A DNA stretch of 64,000 nucleotides from Spirulina sp. (GTDB taxonomy: Bacteria; Cyanobacteriota; Cyanobacteriia; Phormidesmidales; Phormidesmidaceae). Numbering within the stretch: the stretch's first letter is position 1; every line of letters starts with the position of its first letter. The position numbers were made by a program, and so were the translations under genes. Positions 62,201 to 64,000 of this stretch are shown here, in pieces. The notes under the pieces were generated by a model. It was not told where the DNA came from, searched no databases, and saw nothing but the letters and a program-made list of their open reading frames with translations. The DNA lies in assembly GCA_044070495.1 (NCBI GenBank), contig JBIPSI010000018.1, forward strand, positions 32,001 through 96,000. The letters run 5' to 3'.

Positions 62201-63320
62201 GGCGGGAAATCTCACGGTTGATGCAGACTCTATTCGTCTCATTGGCGTTCGATCTGACGGACAATTTCCCAGCAGCATTCAAAGTGTTGCTGGCCTTAAC
62301 TTTGATCTCACTCCCTCCACAGGTAATGCAGGCGATCTTTCCATCAACACACGGTTGCTGACCCTGGAAAATGGGGGATCGATTCAAACCACAACCTCTG
62401 GCCCAGGGCGGGGGGGAGCGCTGAACATAAGAGCCACGGAAGCGGTGGAATTAACGGGAACAGGTTTTCTCGTTACCAGCCCCTTTGCTGGCCCCCTTGG
62501 CAGCAATCTGTTTACGGGTACCTTTGGCGAGGGCAATGCGGGGCCACTGAATCTGCAAACGGATCAACTGCGATTGCGGGATGGCGGCGTTATTTCCACC
62601 CGCAGCGAAAGTGCTGGGCGGGGAGGAGACATTAGCCTGACGGTCAGCCACCTAGACATGGTGAATGGCACCCTCGAAACCGAGGCCCCGTTTTCCCAAG
62701 GGGGAAACATAAGCGTCAACACCAGCCGCAACGGCACCACGGGGTTGATTACCCTGCGCGGCGACAGCGACATTACCACTAACAGCTTTGGCCGTGGTGG
62801 CAACATCACCCTGAACGGCATTGTTATTGCCTTTGATGACAGCGATATTCTGGCCCGTTCTGAGGATGCAGCGGGGGGCAACATTACCCTGGGGCCATTT
62901 TTTAGCGATACCTTGCCCGTGGGAGCCATTTCACCCACCGAAAATAATAACCGAGTGGATGTGAGCGCAGCGGGGCGGTTGGCCGATGGGAACATTACCC
63001 TGCCGAATCTCAGCTTCATTGAAAATAGCCTTGCCAGTTTGCAGGAGGTGACGGTGGATCCTAACCTGCTAACGGCGGGAAGCTGCATCGCCCGCAGCCC
63101 TGGCAATCAAGCTTCCTTCGTGGTCACGGGGAGTGGTGGTCTGCCAGTGCAGCCTGGGGATAACGTGATTTCCGCCTATCCCACGGGGGCTGTTCAAACC
63201 CTGCCAGGGGCCGATCCGCCAGCCGTTTGGCAACCGGGGGATCCCATCGTGGAGCCAACGGGGGTGTTTGCGTTGCCCAATGGTCGCCTTGTGCTTGCGC
63301 GGGCCTGTGATGATGAATAA
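59265..63320 (+). CDS. Filamentous haemagglutinin-family exoprotein (TpsA2)
   Basis: Start MPGYKRN behind GGAGG; signal ending AALA; NLFHSFEQF and NPNGILFG; repeats of about 136-137 aa; same C-terminal motif as TpsA1. Confidence 0.93.
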   Translation: MPGYKRNRWPLRLLVLGVVGGASGLVLPKAALAQNAITPDATLGGEASQVFAFPFFPTLDFIQGGALRGTNLFHSFEQFSIGEGFAAYFVAPTVDTANIFARVTGGNPSEILGLLGTVQADFSPSAANLFLLNPNGILFGPGASLDIGGSFVATTADAIQFGDQGIFSALVPESDNLLEINPSALWFSGLTAPKNIEVRGDSPVNLVTLRVLEERNLTLIGGNINFDYGQLFTPGGRTNIVALAAGGIVELNNLDSSLAVPAMSQRADVVFNNSSAINAVSGGGGDISIIADNVTISNSSGIFTGIGPNLGDDESQSGDIRVDASGTVTVLNNSFIGNAVLGQGRGGGIIVQAQDISMINGSQISAAGIGTGSVGNVTLEATENISLSGVGVNGTPSGILSSVAQNVPGFENFPGQGDSGSINLRATNLTLSDRAIISSSSVFAPGRSGNIDVVVDSFTLNGGAQLFSSTFGDGNAGDVSISTRLLTVQGGSSIRSDTSGSGQGGSLIIRATEATNLIGSDPSEAGGGGSRLSTEAANSGDAGLLRLETGQLTLQDGAGIDASTFGSGSAGSVEITADSIYLTGVRADRQFASTIRSISGISSDLIPATGNAGNLSITTRLLSVEDGSSIETATYGAGQGGALTVRAIETIGLIGSGSLTTGDTSSGLATQTFGSGNAGQFRLYVGELSLQDGAGISTSTFDAGNAGSLEINADSIRLTGIRADQNFSSSIRSIAGVTFEGIPATGNAGNLSINTRLLSVEDGGSIQTTTAGPGRGGNLVVDVTEKTELIGSGSLTTGVASSGLSTGTTGSGDAGLLSLSTGQLIVRDGATVNASTFGGSGSAGNLSITADSIHLSGIRSDLQFASTIQSISGFSPDFVPATGNAGNLSISTRLLTVEDGGSIETATYGPGQGGDLTINATEAVNLTGSGALSFRTISSGLGTQAFGAGNAGNLRLATEQLTIQDGAGMSTSTFGGSGSAGNLTVDADSIRLIGVRSDGQFPSSIQSVAGLNFDLTPSTGNAGDLSINTRLLTLENGGSIQTTTSGPGRGGALNIRATEAVELTGTGFLVTSPFAGPLGSNLFTGTFGEGNAGPLNLQTDQLRLRDGGVISTRSESAGRGGDISLTVSHLDMVNGTLETEAPFSQGGNISVNTSRNGTTGLITLRGDSDITTNSFGRGGNITLNGIVIAFDDSDILARSEDAAGGNITLGPFFSDTLPVGAISPTENNNRVDVSAAGRLADGNITLPNLSFIENSLASLQEVTVDPNLLTAGSCIARSPGNQASFVVTGSGGLPVQPGDNVISAYPTGAVQTLPGADPPAVWQPGDPIVEPTGVFALPNGRLVLARACDDE

Positions 63321-64000
63321 GTTCTCCCTCTGGATGGTGTGGCTATTGCGCTTTGGGTTAGGTGGCCTAGTGCTGGGGATGGCAGTTTGGGCAGGGGTGG
63401 CCCAAGCTCAAACGTTGCCGCCCCTGCCCGATCTCACCGAACCCACGCGGCCTGCGCCCCTGCCGCCCGTTTCGCCACCGCCCCAGCCAGAGGTTCCCCT
63501 AGAGGTGCCCCCCACGACCGAACCCAGCCCGCCCACCGTGCCCCCCGATCTTGAGGAAATGCGCTTTTTAATCGAGCGCATTGAGGTGTTGGGGAATACG
63601 GTGCTGGAGGCCGAAATTGACGCCCTAACGCAACCCCTAGAGGGGACAGAGCTATCCCTTGGCGACCTGCTCAAGCTGCGTACCGACATCACCAGCCTCT
63701 ACGGCCAGAACGGCTATGTGACCTCAGGGGCGTTTTTGCCCACCAACCAGGATTTGACCACCGGGGTCGTGCAAATTCAGGTGATTGAGGGACGTCTGGA
63801 GGCGATTCAGGTGAACGGGCTAACCCGCCTCAGGGAGGCCTACGTTCGGGATCGGGTGGCCCTGGCGGCGCAGCCTCCCCTGAATTTGCCACGGCTGGAG
63901 GAGTCCCTGCGACTGTTGCAAATTGACCCCCTGCTGGATCAGGTCAATGCGGAACTAACGGCGGGCAGCGGCCCTGGCCAAGACTTGCTGATTCTCGATC
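63310..64000 (+). CDS. ShlB/FhaC/HecB (TpsB) outer-membrane transporter, partial
   Basis: Manual translation gives MMNKFSLWMVWLL..VAQAQ, a Pro-rich linker, and POTRA sequence IERIEVLGNTVL..ITSLYGQNGYVTSGAFLP..QVIEGRLE; overlaps the TpsA2 stop and runs off the right edge. Confidence 0.92.
   Translation, partial: MMNKFSLWMVWLLRFGLGGLVLGMAVWAGVAQAQTLPPLPDLTEPTRPAPLPPVSPPPQPEVPLEVPPTTEPSPPTVPPDLEEMRFLIERIEVLGNTVLEAEIDALTQPLEGTELSLGDLLKLRTDITSLYGQNGYVTSGAFLPTNQDLTTGVVQIQVIEGRLEAIQVNGLTRLREAYVRDRVALAAQPPLNLPRLEESLRLLQIDPLLDQVNAELTAGSGPGQDLLILD

Overview
A 64-kb chromosomal segment of a GC-rich cyanobacterium (chlM, sbtAB, gifA, NtcA boxes, cyanobacterial dispersed repeats). From left to right: (1) an NtcA-type nitrogen-starvation Nit1C cluster whose nitrilase is reduced to an in-frame 81-aa stub and which lacks the AIR-synthase-like gene; (2) a 3.2-kb island bounded by 67-bp perfect direct repeats, carrying an HTH-NACHT (STAND) gene, a divergent small two-helix membrane protein with 10-bp-phased operator-like repeats between them, and stacked copies of the NACHT 3' end that separate small cargo; (3) about 35 kb of housekeeping and C/N genes (gnd, gap1, sbtA/sbtB plus an SbtC-like ORF, amt, purE, chlM, ltaE, gifA and others) interspersed with REP/MITE-like repeats; (4) a locus of more than 20 kb combining two filamentous-haemagglutinin (TpsA) genes, a TpsB, an exported TPR-CHAT protease, two CHASE2 receptors (a kinase and a cyclase), DUF928 and a C39-like peptidase, a candidate trans-envelope proteolytic signalling system. 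I saw no tRNA, rRNA, CRISPR array, integrase or transposase. All calls come from reading motifs by eye; no database searches were run.
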